DNA of 64,000 nucleotides from Bacillota bacterium (GCA_017656145.1 JACDOI010000003.1:35974-99973), one strand, 5' to 3'; shown: positions 46,285-56,213, counted from the stretch's first letter. A program made the numbers and translations. The notes: generated by a model not told the origin, from the letters alone.

Positions 46285-49013
46285 GCAGCTTCCGCCATCC
46301 CCTGCCCGTTCCCCAAGCGCCGTGTCTGGACGGGCCCGTGCTATTGAAAGACGGTCGCCCTGCCTACTTGCGCAGGGCCCGGATGAGCGACCTCCCGGCA
46401 GTGCAAAAGCTCCTCGAGCGCACCTCCGATACGGCCCGGCTGTTCCGATTTTTCCACGGGGTCGCAGCTGATAATCCGGAGGCAGCCGGGCGGCTCATCG
46501 CCGCGGGCAACGAGCAGCCCGGTCTGACGCTGGTGATCACCGTCGGGCCGCCGCCGGACCCGGAGATCGCGGCGGTCGCAAGCTACAGCCCCACCCGATC
46601 GGGTACGGCTGAGGTGGCGTTTCTAGTGGCCGACGCCCACCACGGCCGGGGCATGGGAACGCTTCTTTTGGAACGCCTGGCCATGCATGCGCTTGAGCAA
46701 GGGCTGGACGCCCTTGAGGCGTTTGTCATGGGCGAAAACCGGGAGATGTTGGCGGTGTTTGCCGCAAGCGGGTTCACCGTGCGACGGAAGTTCGCCGCCG
46801 AGGGATGGCACATCGTCTTGCCCCTTGCGGTCACGGAAGCCGGAGTTCGGCAAATGGAGGTCCGAGACCGGTTGGCCACCCGGGCGTCGCTCTACCCGTT
46901 TTTCCACCCGCGGGCGGTGGCCGTCGTCGGTTCCTTCGACACCCCAAGCAGCTGGGGCCATCGGATCGGCACCAACCTGAACCCGTCCGGATTCCACCGT
47001 GCGGTGTACCCCGTCGGCTCCGGCTTCCTATCGGGCTCGTCGGTGCCCGCTTACCCGTCGGTGCTCGACGTCCCCGGGCCGGTAGACCTCGCGATGGTAT
47101 CCGTCCCCGCCACCGAGGTGATGGATGTGGCCCGGCAGTGCGCCGAAACGGGCGTCCGGGCGCTTCTCGTCGCAACAGCGGGCTTCGGAGAAACCGGGCC
47201 CGAGGGAGCGGCCCTCGAACGAAAGCTCGTTGAGTTCGTTCGGGGCTCCGGTATGCGGCTCATCGGCCCCAACAGCCTCGGCCTTATCCATACTGATCCC
47301 GCCGTCCGGCTCCACGCGTCGCCCGTCCCGGCCCCGCCGGCAGGGCGGATCGCCTTGTCCTCGCAGAGTGCGGCGCTTGGATCGGCCGCGCTGGAGTACG
47401 GTGCCGAATTGGGCCTTGGATTTTCGGCTTTCGTCAGCGTGGGCAACAAGGCCGACGTATCCGGCAACGACCTTTTGCAGTGGTGGGAGGAGGACGACAA
47501 CACCGCAGCGATTTTGCTCTACCTGGAGTCCTTCGGCAACCCCCGGCGGTTCGCGCGCCTCGCCCGCCGGGTAAGCCGCCGCAAGCCCATCGTCGCTCTC
47601 AAAGGCGGGCGGAGTCGCAAGGTTTCAGAGCGTCACGGCGCCGGGCCGGGCCGGTCCAACATTGCGGCGCTGGCGGCCGAGGACCGGGTGGTGGACGCCT
47701 TGTTTCGCCAGGCCGGCGTCATCCGCACCAGAACGCTCAGCGAAATGTTCGACATCGCTGCGTTGCTGGCCCGCCAGCCGTTGCCCCGGGGCCGCCGAGT
47801 GGCGGTGCTGGGCAACGCCCGAGGCCCGGCGGTGCTGTGCGCGGGCACGCTGGAACAAGAGGGCTTGACGCTTTCGCCGTCCCCCGACGACGTCCGGGCC
47901 GCTCTGGCCGCTTTCCTGCCGCCCGGCGCCGAGGTGGCCAACCCAGTGGACATGTCCCCTTCCGCCTCCGCGGACGATTACCGCCGCAGCTTGGAGGTGC
48001 TTGCGGCATCCGACGCTTGGGATGCGGTTATCGCCATCTTTGCGCCAGGCGGCGGCCAGACCGCGGAAGCGGTCGCGCAAGCCATCGCCGGCGCGTGCCG
48101 GGCGGCGCCCGAAAAGCCTGTTTTGGCGTGTTTCATGACTTCCCGGCCCCTGAGCTCTAAGCAGCTTTCGGAGTTGCCGTTTCCGGTCTACCGGTTTCCC
48201 GAGGCGGCCGCGATGGCGTTGAGCCGGATAGCCCGCTACGCCGAGTGGCGTCAGGCGCCGGCCGGCCAAATCCCCGAGCTTCCCGGGATCGACGGCGCCC
48301 GGGGCCGCACCATCGCGCGGGCCGCGGCCAGCCGGGGAGGCGGATGGCTCCCGCCCTCGCTCGTCCATGAACTTTTGGACGCGTTCGGCTTGCCCCGGCC
48401 GGCCTCGGGCCTGGCCTGTGACGAGGACGAGGCGGTGCGGCTGGCTGAACAGATCGGCTATCCGGTGGCCGTCAAGCCGGCGCTTGCCGAGCCCGCCCAG
48501 AAGGCGGAATGGAACGGTGTCCATCTCAACATTCGGGATGCGGGCCGCGTTCGCGCGGCGGTGGCTTCCGTCCGCAAGGCCGCGGTGCACACCGGCGCTG
48601 CGCGTCCGGACGGCGGAACCGCCCGCCCTGCCCTCGCGCTGGTCCAGGCCATGGCGCCGGAAGGAATCGACACGCTGGCCGGCGTCGTACAAGACGAGAC
48701 GTTTGGCCCGATCCTCGCCTTCGGCCTCGCGGGCACCGCGGTGGAGGCATTGGGAGACGTCGCATTTCGCATCACACCTCTCACGGACCGGGACGCCACG
48801 GAGATGGTCGAGGGGATCCGGGGCCGGCAGCTCTTGGATGCATTTCGCGGCCGGCCGGCGTCCGACGTGCGGGCCGCCTGCGAGGTGCTTTTGCGCTTGT
48901 CCCGCATGATCGAAGAAATTCCCGGCATCGCCGAGGTGGAACTCAATCCCGTGCGGCTTTTGCCGGCCGGCCAGGGCGCGCTGGTGCTCGATGCCCGCAT
49001 CCGCGTCAAATGA
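46281..49013 (+). CDS. Fused GNAT acetyltransferase / NDP-forming acyl-CoA synthetase-like protein (type II Pat-like protein acetyltransferase or acetate--CoA ligase family)
   Basis: An N-terminal GNAT domain (HHGRGMGTLLLERL) is followed by CoA-binding, succinyl-CoA-synthetase-like and ATP-grasp regions. The ATG at 46281 forms an ATGA overlap with the doxX-like stop. Confidence 0.8.
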   Translation: MSSFRHPLPVPQAPCLDGPVLLKDGRPAYLRRARMSDLPAVQKLLERTSDTARLFRFFHGVAADNPEAAGRLIAAGNEQPGLTLVITVGPPPDPEIAAVASYSPTRSGTAEVAFLVADAHHGRGMGTLLLERLAMHALEQGLDALEAFVMGENREMLAVFAASGFTVRRKFAAEGWHIVLPLAVTEAGVRQMEVRDRLATRASLYPFFHPRAVAVVGSFDTPSSWGHRIGTNLNPSGFHRAVYPVGSGFLSGSSVPAYPSVLDVPGPVDLAMVSVPATEVMDVARQCAETGVRALLVATAGFGETGPEGAALERKLVEFVRGSGMRLIGPNSLGLIHTDPAVRLHASPVPAPPAGRIALSSQSAALGSAALEYGAELGLGFSAFVSVGNKADVSGNDLLQWWEEDDNTAAILLYLESFGNPRRFARLARRVSRRKPIVALKGGRSRKVSERHGAGPGRSNIAALAAEDRVVDALFRQAGVIRTRTLSEMFDIAALLARQPLPRGRRVAVLGNARGPAVLCAGTLEQEGLTLSPSPDDVRAALAAFLPPGAEVANPVDMSPSASADDYRRSLEVLAASDAWDAVIAIFAPGGGQTAEAVAQAIAGACRAAPEKPVLACFMTSRPLSSKQLSELPFPVYRFPEAAAMALSRIARYAEWRQAPAGQIPELPGIDGARGRTIARAAASRGGGWLPPSLVHELLDAFGLPRPASGLACDEDEAVRLAEQIGYPVAVKPALAEPAQKAEWNGVHLNIRDAGRVRAAVASVRKAAVHTGAARPDGGTARPALALVQAMAPEGIDTLAGVVQDETFGPILAFGLAGTAVEALGDVAFRITPLTDRDATEMVEGIRGRQLLDAFRGRPASDVRAACEVLLRLSRMIEEIPGIAEVELNPVRLLPAGQGALVLDARIRVK

Positions 49014-49331
49014 TCCGGCCGAGCGGGGGAGGTGAAAGGCTCTTCGCCGCCTGGTTGACCCTTACCCTTCCGTCCGCTTTGGCCATGGCGGGATTCTCGG
49101 GGCTGGTGGCAGCCGCCTTTCCGGTTTGGCACGCCGTCCGCGGACGGCCGGCGAGAGCGGCCGCCGGTGCACAGCCGTGATCATTGCCCTGCTTATTGGG
49201 TGACAGATGTCCGTGTGCCTTTTTTGACCTGCGTCAGATAATAAGAGAGGGGGGTTGTCGCCAGGCAAGCCCAAAAAGTGCAGCCGGGAACAGGTTCCGC
49301 GAGTATTCTTTGACAAGGAGGTTCCAATCGT

Positions 49332-50105
49332 ATGGAAACCCGCTGGGCGGACGGCAAAGTGGCGCTGGTCACCGGCGCGGCCACCGGCATCGGCCGGGCC
49401 ACCGCGCTGGCGTTTGCCCGGGCAGGCGCCAAAGTGCTCGTAGCCGACGTCAACGAAGCGGCCGGCCAGGAAACTGTCCGGCTCATCCGAGATACCGGCG
49501 GCACCGCGGAGTTCGCCCTTGCCGACGTGTCCCGGACCGAAGATGTGGCCGCGATGGTGCGCCAGGCCGTGGAACAATTCGGCGGCCTGGATTTCGCGTT
49601 TAACAACGCAGGCATCGAAGGTGTCCTGGCACCTACCGGAGATTACCCCGAGGACGTCTGGAACAAGGTCATCGCCATCAATTTGACCGGCGTCTGGCGG
49701 TGCATGCGCCACGAGATTCCCGCGATGCTGGGGCGGGGGGGCGGCGTGATCGTCAACACCGCGTCGATTTTGGGCCTGGTGGGCTTTGCCAACGCGCCCG
49801 CGTACACCGCAGCCAAGCACGGGGTCGTCGGCTTGACCAAGGCCGCCGCCCAGGAGTACGCCACCAAAGGAATCCGGGTCAACGCGGTCTGTCCCGGCTT
49901 CATCGAGACGCCCATGGTGATGGAGCGGGGCGTACAGGCCGGCAAGGACCGAGCGGCCTACGATCAGATCGCCTCCCTGCATCCGATGAACCGCCTGGGC
50001 AAGCCGGAGGAAATCGCCCAAGCGGTGCTGTGGCTCTGCTCGGACGCCGCGTCGTTCGTCACCGGCCACACGCTGACGGTGGACGGCGGCTACGTGAGCC
50101 GGTAG
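49332..50105 (+). CDS. Short-chain dehydrogenase/reductase (SDR)
   Basis: TGAATGIGRA, NNAG and YTAAKHG catalytic motifs. SD AAGGAGG. Confidence 0.9.
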   Translation: METRWADGKVALVTGAATGIGRATALAFARAGAKVLVADVNEAAGQETVRLIRDTGGTAEFALADVSRTEDVAAMVRQAVEQFGGLDFAFNNAGIEGVLAPTGDYPEDVWNKVIAINLTGVWRCMRHEIPAMLGRGGGVIVNTASILGLVGFANAPAYTAAKHGVVGLTKAAAQEYATKGIRVNAVCPGFIETPMVMERGVQAGKDRAAYDQIASLHPMNRLGKPEEIAQAVLWLCSDAASFVTGHTLTVDGGYVSR

Positions 50106-50127
50106 CCTAAGAGAGCTATCGCGGCGG

Positions 50128-50802
50128 TCAACGCTTGAGCCCGATAGACATGAGCCGATCCTTGACCCGGGCCACATGCGCCCGGGTCAAGGCTTCGGCT
50201 CGCTCCGCGTCTCGAGCCCGAACTGCTTCGAAGATGGCCCTGTGCTCTTCCAAAGCTTCCTGGGGACGGCCCTCGATGGCCGCGGCGCGGTGTTTGAGCA
50301 GCCGGGACACTTTAACGAATGACTGCAAGGCTTCGATCAACTGTTTATGGTGGCTTGCCTGAATCAGCAAGTCGTGAAAGTCTCTGCCGTCTTTGTCAAT
50401 CCGCGACGCGGTCTTGCGGTCGGCCACTTCATCCAAGCGGCGGTTCAGGTACGTCTCCATGAGCGCAAGATCCTCATCGGTGGCTCGCTGGGCAGCAAAC
50501 CGGGCCGCCATGCCTTCGAGAACTTCGCGCACCTCGAAGGTGCCCACGATGTCCTCCGGAGACAGGGTGATGACCGATACGCTGCGGCGAGCATCAATCT
50601 GCACCAGGCCTTCCGCCTCAAGCCGGCGCAAGGCTTCCCGGATCGGTGAGCGACTCGTTCCGAACAGCCGGGCGAGTTGGCCTTCAACCAGACGCTCGCC
50701 AAAGTCAAGTTGACCTTCTAGAATAGCCCGCTCCAATTGGTCGTGGATTTGGTCCGCCAAGGAACCAAGGGGCCGGGGGGCCATCAAATTCTCAATACCC
50801 AC
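50128..50802 (-). CDS. GntR-family (FadR/FCD-type) transcriptional regulator
   Basis: wHTH LVEGQLARLFGTSRSPIREALRRLEAEGLVQIDARRS plus an FCD domain. It is the last gene of the long minus-strand operon. Confidence 0.85.
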   Translation of the reverse strand: MGIENLMAPRPLGSLADQIHDQLERAILEGQLDFGERLVEGQLARLFGTSRSPIREALRRLEAEGLVQIDARRSVSVITLSPEDIVGTFEVREVLEGMAARFAAQRATDEDLALMETYLNRRLDEVADRKTASRIDKDGRDFHDLLIQASHHKQLIEALQSFVKVSRLLKHRAAAIEGRPQEALEEHRAIFEAVRARDAERAEALTRAHVARVKDRLMSIGLKR

Positions 50803-50891
50803 GCCGCATCACCTGCCGCATTGTGCGCTGTTCCCTTCTCGCAAACGGACGGTCAAGTACACAGTACCATGACTCGCGGGCACAGAAACGT

Positions 50892-52157
50892 TCACGTCCG
50901 CCGGCAAACGATCCGCCCGCCCTTCATCACGAAGCGGACGTCCCGCACTGCTGCGATGTCTTCCCACGGACGGCCCCGCACAGCGATTAGGTCGGCCAGT
51001 TTTCCCGCTTGAAGCGTCCCGACGAATGACTCCATTCCCAGAGCCCGGGCACCCGTGACGGTCCCCGCAAGAAGTGCCTCCCGGGCCGTCATGCCTGCCT
51101 CCACAAGAAGCTGGAATTCCACGGCGTTTTCACCGAACGGCGTGTGCGGCGGACCGACGAAGTCGGTGCCCGCGGCGATCAACACCCCGCACCGCCGGGC
51201 GCGGGCTACCGAGTCCAACTGCCGATCCAGATGTCGTTGCCAAACGGCCGCTTGCTCGGGAGGCAACCCCCCAGCCGGGCCGCGGCGCGCCCGCATGGCC
51301 GGCAAGGACAAAGTGGGAACCAGGACCACCCCGCGGTCGGCCATGAGCTCAAATGTCTCATTTGAGGCTCCGTGGCCGTGCTCAATCGTGTCGACGCCGG
51401 CGAGCACCGCATTCCGAACTGCCGCATCGCCGATCGCGTGGGCGGCCACTTTGAGACCGGCCCGGTGGGCCTCGTCCACCATCACCCGCATTTCCTCCAC
51501 GGTGTAATTGGGCCGGCTCTCGTCGGGCCCATCGGCCCATGGATGAACCCGGTCGTGGAACGGTCGACCGGACGACGCTCCGATCTTGATGAACGCGGAG
51601 CCGCTGCGGACCCGCTCCCTGACCCGCCGCCGGCATTCGTCCAGGCCGTCGGCGAACATGCCTAACGACTCGGCCCACCATTGGGGATAGCCGATAGGAT
51701 CCCACGTTCCTCCCCGCTGGCAGATGTACTCGCCCGCCGCGACGATGCGGGGACCTTCAATGATCCCTTCGTTCACCGCCCGGGCCAGCGATGGCCCTAC
51801 GGGACTGCCCATGCACCGCACGCTGGTGAAGCCCGCATCCAAGAGGCGGCTCAGGTCCGCCGCGGCCCGAAGCGCCCGGTAGGGCAGAGGCCACGTCATC
51901 TGCGCGCCCGCAACCGACCCATCCAGGCCGAACAGGTGCAGATGGGCGTCGATGAGCCCTGGAATGACCGAAAGGTCGCCCAGATCGATGACCTTGGCGC
52001 CCTGGGCGATCCCGGGCAGCTCGCCCAGGGCGCGGCGGGAATAGATGCCTGTAATCCTCTCTCCTTCCACCAGGATATCGGCTTCCAGCACCGGCTCCGG
52101 GTCGGCACCGTCCCAAACAGCTCCGCAGTGAATGAGCCACCGGTCCTCGGACGCCAA
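50892..52157 (-). CDS. Amidohydrolase-superfamily metal hydrolase
   Basis: GLIDAHLHL, VAAHAIGD, IEHGH and AAGTDF are metal-ligand motifs. Confidence 0.85.
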   Translation of the reverse strand: MASEDRWLIHCGAVWDGADPEPVLEADILVEGERITGIYSRRALGELPGIAQGAKVIDLGDLSVIPGLIDAHLHLFGLDGSVAGAQMTWPLPYRALRAAADLSRLLDAGFTSVRCMGSPVGPSLARAVNEGIIEGPRIVAAGEYICQRGGTWDPIGYPQWWAESLGMFADGLDECRRRVRERVRSGSAFIKIGASSGRPFHDRVHPWADGPDESRPNYTVEEMRVMVDEAHRAGLKVAAHAIGDAAVRNAVLAGVDTIEHGHGASNETFELMADRGVVLVPTLSLPAMRARRGPAGGLPPEQAAVWQRHLDRQLDSVARARRCGVLIAAGTDFVGPPHTPFGENAVEFQLLVEAGMTAREALLAGTVTGARALGMESFVGTLQAGKLADLIAVRGRPWEDIAAVRDVRFVMKGGRIVCRRT

Positions 52158-52184
52158 TTCCTTCCGTCCCGCTCCTTTCCAGCG

Positions 52185-53465
52185 TCAGAGCCCGAGCAAC
52201 CTCGGCAAATATAGCGTGAATCCCGGTACATAGGTGACGAGTAGCATGACCACCACCAAGGCACCGATGAACGGCAGCGCCTTGACGAACACGGTCTCAG
52301 CCCGGCGCTCGGCGATGTCCGCCGCCAGATACAGGCAGAGAGCCACTGGGGGCGTGACCAGCCCGAGGTTCAAGTTGATAAGGGCCATAACGGTGAACAA
52401 AAGCGGGTCGATGCCCCACGCTACGGCCGCAGGCAGGAGGATGGGCACCAGGAGCGTCATAGCGGCGATTCCCTCAAGCAACATGCCGGCGACCAGAAAC
52501 ACCACGTTTAGGAGCGCCAGCATCATGGCCCGGCTGGTCACCGCGCTGTCCAGGTAGTTGCGCACCATCGCGGGGACTTGCTGCGTCGCGATGACCCAAT
52601 TCAAAAGGTTCGCGGCGCCGATCACCACCAGAATGACCGATGATGTCACCGCACTGCGAACGAGGATCTTCCAGAGGCTTCGGGCGGTAATCTTGCGGGT
52701 TGCGAGGCCGATGGCCAGCCCGTACACAACCGCCACTGCCCCGGCCTCGGTGGCGGTGAAAACGCCGCTCAGCACCCCCCCGAGGATAATGAACGGCATA
52801 ACTAAGGCTGGTGCCGCCTTAAGGAATTGCCGTCCGACGTTGCCCCAACCTTCCCACCGGTTATTGGGACGATAGTGGTGCTTGCGGGAAAAAAGGTAAG
52901 CTACTCCCATCTGTAGCATGCCGATGAGCAACCCGGGCAGCACACCCGCAGCGAAGACGGCTCCCACCGAGACCCCCGTCATGACCGCCAGGATCACTGC
53001 GGGAATGCTGGGCGGGATGATGGGCGCCATAACCGACGAGGTAGCGGTTACCGCCGCCGAGAAGTCCCGGTCATATCCCTGTTTTACCATGCTGGGGATC
53101 AACATGCCGCCGATGGCGGCTGTGTCGGCTACCGCGGAGCCGCTGATGCCGGCGAAGAACATGCTGGCGGCGATGTTTACATGGGCCAAGCCCCCGGTAA
53201 TGTGGCCGACAAGGCTTTTGGAGAATTGGACGATCTGATCGGTCAGGTCGCAATCGTTCATGATATACCCGGCGGCGACGAAAAATGGGATGGCCATGAT
53301 CGGGAAGCTGTCGAGCCCGGTAAACAGCCGCTGGGGAACGACGATCAGGCTGCCCACCCCCGAATGGAGCAGTCCCGACAGGGCAGCCCAACCGACGGCA
53401 AAAGCGATCGGCACTCCGATGACCAACAGGACGAAAAACGCGATGCCGACGACGGCGACCGTCAC
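52185..53465 (-). CDS. dctM: TRAP transporter large permease
   Basis: 426 aa from the GTG at 53465 (SD GAGGAGGTGA; GTGA overlap with the dctQ stop). The 591-aa track ORF runs through dctQ in another frame. Confidence 0.9.
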   Translation of the reverse strand: MTVAVVGIAFFVLLVIGVPIAFAVGWAALSGLLHSGVGSLIVVPQRLFTGLDSFPIMAIPFFVAAGYIMNDCDLTDQIVQFSKSLVGHITGGLAHVNIAASMFFAGISGSAVADTAAIGGMLIPSMVKQGYDRDFSAAVTATSSVMAPIIPPSIPAVILAVMTGVSVGAVFAAGVLPGLLIGMLQMGVAYLFSRKHHYRPNNRWEGWGNVGRQFLKAAPALVMPFIILGGVLSGVFTATEAGAVAVVYGLAIGLATRKITARSLWKILVRSAVTSSVILVVIGAANLLNWVIATQQVPAMVRNYLDSAVTSRAMMLALLNVVFLVAGMLLEGIAAMTLLVPILLPAAVAWGIDPLLFTVMALINLNLGLVTPPVALCLYLAADIAERRAETVFVKALPFIGALVVVMLLVTYVPGFTLYLPRLLGL

Positions 53466-53986
53466 GGCTTCACCTCCTCGCCACCCGGGCCGGAGAGCAT
53501 CCCGCGGCCGGCGGAAACGCCAAAAAGCCGCGCCACACTGGATATGAGGAGCAAAGCGGCTTCCACGGCGAGGAAGGCTGCACCAATAACAACAGAAAAG
53601 TATGGAATCGACATCGACATACGCAACGACGGGGATCGCTGGAAACTTACCAGTTGAATGAGATCCATGCCGTTTGCGACCACGACCACACTCAACACCA
53701 AGATAGCCGCGTGCGCGATAACGTCGGCCGCAACAGCCCACTTCCCCCGCAGGCGGTCCGTCACGATGGTGATGCGGATGTGACGTCCTTCCCGCAGCGC
53801 CAGGGGAGCAGCCAGGTAGGCCATGTAGACCATTGTGTAGCGGGCCACCTCTTCCGCCCATGGGATCGGGGCATGCAGTACGTATCGGAAGAACACGTTG
53901 GCAAAGACCACCGCGATAAGGGTGGCGATGCATAGCCCCGCCGCGGCGGCAAGCACCCACCCCGTCAGCCGAGCGACAGTGTTCAG
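53462..53986 (-). CDS. dctQ: TRAP transporter small permease; start inferred at CTG (alternative GTG at 53956)
   Basis: 4-TM protein with FANVFFRYVLHAPIPWAEEVARY. The frame stays open upstream of the GTG and encodes LNTVARLTGW. CTG (53984-53986) lies 6 nt after GGGGAGGGG, whereas the GTG has no correctly spaced SD. Confidence 0.75.
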   Translation of the reverse strand: MNTVARLTGWVLAAAAGLCIATLIAVVFANVFFRYVLHAPIPWAEEVARYTMVYMAYLAAPLALREGRHIRITIVTDRLRGKWAVAADVIAHAAILVLSVVVVANGMDLIQLVSFQRSPSLRMSMSIPYFSVVIGAAFLAVEAALLLISSVARLFGVSAGRGMLSGPGGEEVKP

Positions 53987-54053
53987 ACGGAACCCCTCCC
54001 CGTCAACAGGCTTTCCGGTCTCATCGCGGCGCGGGCGCCCGGGCCCTCAAAGG

Positions 54054-54095
54054 AAGCGTCCGATGGGCCGGCCGTGGACCGGCCATCGGACGCTT
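54054..54095 (-). other. Long intercistronic stem-loop between dctP and dctQ
   Basis: AAGCGTCCGATGG(G)CCGG - 7 nt - CCGGCCATCGGACGCTT, an approximately 17-bp stem starting 9 nt after the dctP stop. Confidence 0.6.
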
Positions 54096-54104
54096 GTCCA
54101 TTGA

Positions 54105-55154
54105 CTACTGTCCGGAGGCGAATGATGCCTCAGCCTCCGCTACTGCCTGGAGCACCTCATCGATAAGCGCCGGATCGATTTGCGTCGACAGCCATTCGAT
54201 GACCGGTGCTTGGGCGAGCTCCCGAAATTGGGCCAGTTCCTCCGGTGCGGGCGCGTAAACCTCCATCTCCTGCTGAAGCTTGCTCAAGGCCAAAGCTTCG
54301 TTGAGCGCCTTGATTCCCCGGTTCACCCGGGCCGACGTATAGGCCGCCCGGCGCAACAGCTCCTGGTCCTCCGGCGAGAGGCTGTTGAAAAACCGCTTGT
54401 TGATCACGGTGAAGTCGACGCCGAATGTATGACCGTCCAGCGTCAGGTACCGCTGCACCTCGTACAGCTTGGCGTAGTCGATGGTGCTCACCGGGTTTTC
54501 CTGCCCGTCAACCACACCCTGGTCGAGGGCGCTGTACACCTCGGGCCAAGGAATCGGCGTGGGGCTTGCGCCCAACGACTGCACCAAGCGCACGTATATG
54601 GGCGTCTCCTGAACGCGGATGTTCAGTCCCCGCATGTCCGCCGGCGTGTGAATGGGCCGTTCGTTGTTGGTAAAGTGCCGGAAACCGACCTCTCCGTAAC
54701 CGAGATTGATCATGTTGGTCTTCTCAGCCAACAGTGCGGAGATCTTTTCGCCCATCGGCCCGTCCAGGACTTTCCAGGCCACGGCCTCGCTCGAGAACAA
54801 GTAAGGAATGTCAAACACCATGGCCTCGGGGAAGAAACCGGCCATCGCCCCGGACGCTACGCCCATCTCGACGGTTCCCAGATTGATGGCTTCCAGGTAC
54901 TCCCGCTCGCCGCCCAATTGACCCGCAGGATAAACTTCCACGGTAATCCGCCCGCCCGACTCGGACTCCACCAAGGCCTTGAAAGTGAGCGCCTGCGCAT
55001 GTTTTTGCGCGACATACGGATCAGCCGGGTCGGCGTGCGCAAATCGAATCGTGATCTTGCCTTGTGCCAGAGCCGCGCTGCCGCTTGCCAGCGCCACAGC
55101 CAGGAACACGGCCACAAGACCCCACACCAGTCGCAAAGTCCTTGTCTTTCCCAC
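54105..55154 (-). CDS. dctP: TRAP transporter solute-binding protein (DctP family)
   Basis: Signal peptide followed by ITIRFAHADPADPY and NNERPIHTPADMRGLNIRV, typical of DctP-type SBPs with the conserved Arg. Confidence 0.9.
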   Translation of the reverse strand: MGKTRTLRLVWGLVAVFLAVALASGSAALAQGKITIRFAHADPADPYVAQKHAQALTFKALVESESGGRITVEVYPAGQLGGEREYLEAINLGTVEMGVASGAMAGFFPEAMVFDIPYLFSSEAVAWKVLDGPMGEKISALLAEKTNMINLGYGEVGFRHFTNNERPIHTPADMRGLNIRVQETPIYVRLVQSLGASPTPIPWPEVYSALDQGVVDGQENPVSTIDYAKLYEVQRYLTLDGHTFGVDFTVINKRFFNSLSPEDQELLRRAAYTSARVNRGIKALNEALALSKLQQEMEVYAPAPEELAQFRELAQAPVIEWLSTQIDPALIDEVLQAVAEAEASFASGQ

Positions 55155-55301
55155 CGGTGATTCGTCCCCCTTTCCTTATCCCTGCCGTCGATTCGTTAGA
55201 CTGTCGACCGCCAGCGTGCCATCCTCCAACGCCTACCGGCTTCCAGTCGCTTCCCGGCTCTTGCTCACCTCCCTCCGGTCTGATCGCTTAAGGATCGTCG
55301 G

Positions 55302-56213
55302 CTAAACGCGACCGGAGGGGATGCCAAGGCGGCGAGCGCGCTCAAGCACCCGCCGCGCCCGCTCCACCACCGGCACGTCCACCATCCGCCCGTCAACCTC
55401 CAAGGCCCCGATTCCTTGAGCGGACGCCCGCTCGTAGGCCTGGACAACGTTTTGCGCGTGCGCGACTTCTTCAGCGCTCGGAGAAAACGCCTCATTGAGG
55501 ATCGGGATCTGCGCGGGATGAACGCACGGAGACCCTTCGAAACCGAGCGAGCGGGACTTTCGAGCGATGGAGCGTAGTTGCTCGGCGTTCTTGTAGTTCG
55601 CAATCGAACCGGCCAACCCCAGCGGCACGATTCCGCAGGCCCGGGCAGCCAGCACGATCTGCAGCTTCGCGTACAGGACGCCTTCTCCGTCCGGGTCCAT
55701 TCCCGTCGCGGCTGCGAAGTCTTCGCTCCCCAGCATCAGCGCGACGACCCGGGGATCGGCGCCGGCAATGGCATGCGCGTCCCGTAGCGCTTCCGCCGAC
55801 TCGATGAGGGCAACAACCCCAGTCGAACCCCACGGCACATCCCGTTCCCGTTCCAGCTCTCCAACGACTTCACCGAGGAGCTTGATGTGGGCGGCGCTGT
55901 CTGCCTTGGGGACGACCACCGCCCGCACGCCAGGACCGACGACCGCCTCCAGATCCCGGATCGCCCACCGCCAGGGCCGGTTGATGCGCACCAGGACGTC
56001 GACTCCATCGTTCGCCAGCATCGCGGCAGCATGCCGGGCCTTCTCCCGGGCCCGTTCCTTTTCCGTGGCGGGTACGCTGTCCTCAAGGTCCAGGATGACA
56101 GCGTCGGCGCCCCGGGCAGACGCTTTCTCGACGAACCGGTCCACATGGGCTGGAACGTAGAGAAGCGAGCGCCACGCGGGTAGGCCGCTCGACTTCATCG
56201 CCACTTCCTTCAT
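55302..56213 (-). CDS. HpcH/HpaI-CitE-family acyl-CoA lyase (malyl-/citramalyl-CoA lyase-like)
   Basis: RSLLYVPA and DAVILDLEDSV motifs. ATGA overlap with the upstream CoA-transferase gene. Confidence 0.8.
   Translation of the reverse strand: MKEVAMKSSGLPAWRSLLYVPAHVDRFVEKASARGADAVILDLEDSVPATEKERAREKARHAAAMLANDGVDVLVRINRPWRWAIRDLEAVVGPGVRAVVVPKADSAAHIKLLGEVVGELERERDVPWGSTGVVALIESAEALRDAHAIAGADPRVVALMLGSEDFAAATGMDPDGEGVLYAKLQIVLAARACGIVPLGLAGSIANYKNAEQLRSIARKSRSLGFEGSPCVHPAQIPILNEAFSPSAEEVAHAQNVVQAYERASAQGIGALEVDGRMVDVPVVERARRVLERARRLGIPSGRV

Noticed and set aside
49014-49180. Strong SD-like GGGGGAGGTGA right after the acetyltransferase stop, followed by an open frame encoding a hydrophobic peptide (…LFAAWLTLTLPSALAMAGFSGLVAAAFPVWH…)
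   Set aside because: There is no canonical start codon at a workable distance from the SD. The internal ATG has no SD, so the evidence is too weak to call a gene.
53466-53960. Upstream extension of the dctM ORF (591 aa in the track)
   Set aside because: It overlaps dctQ in a different frame. DctM starts at the GTG at 53465, with an SD and the family-typical N-terminus.
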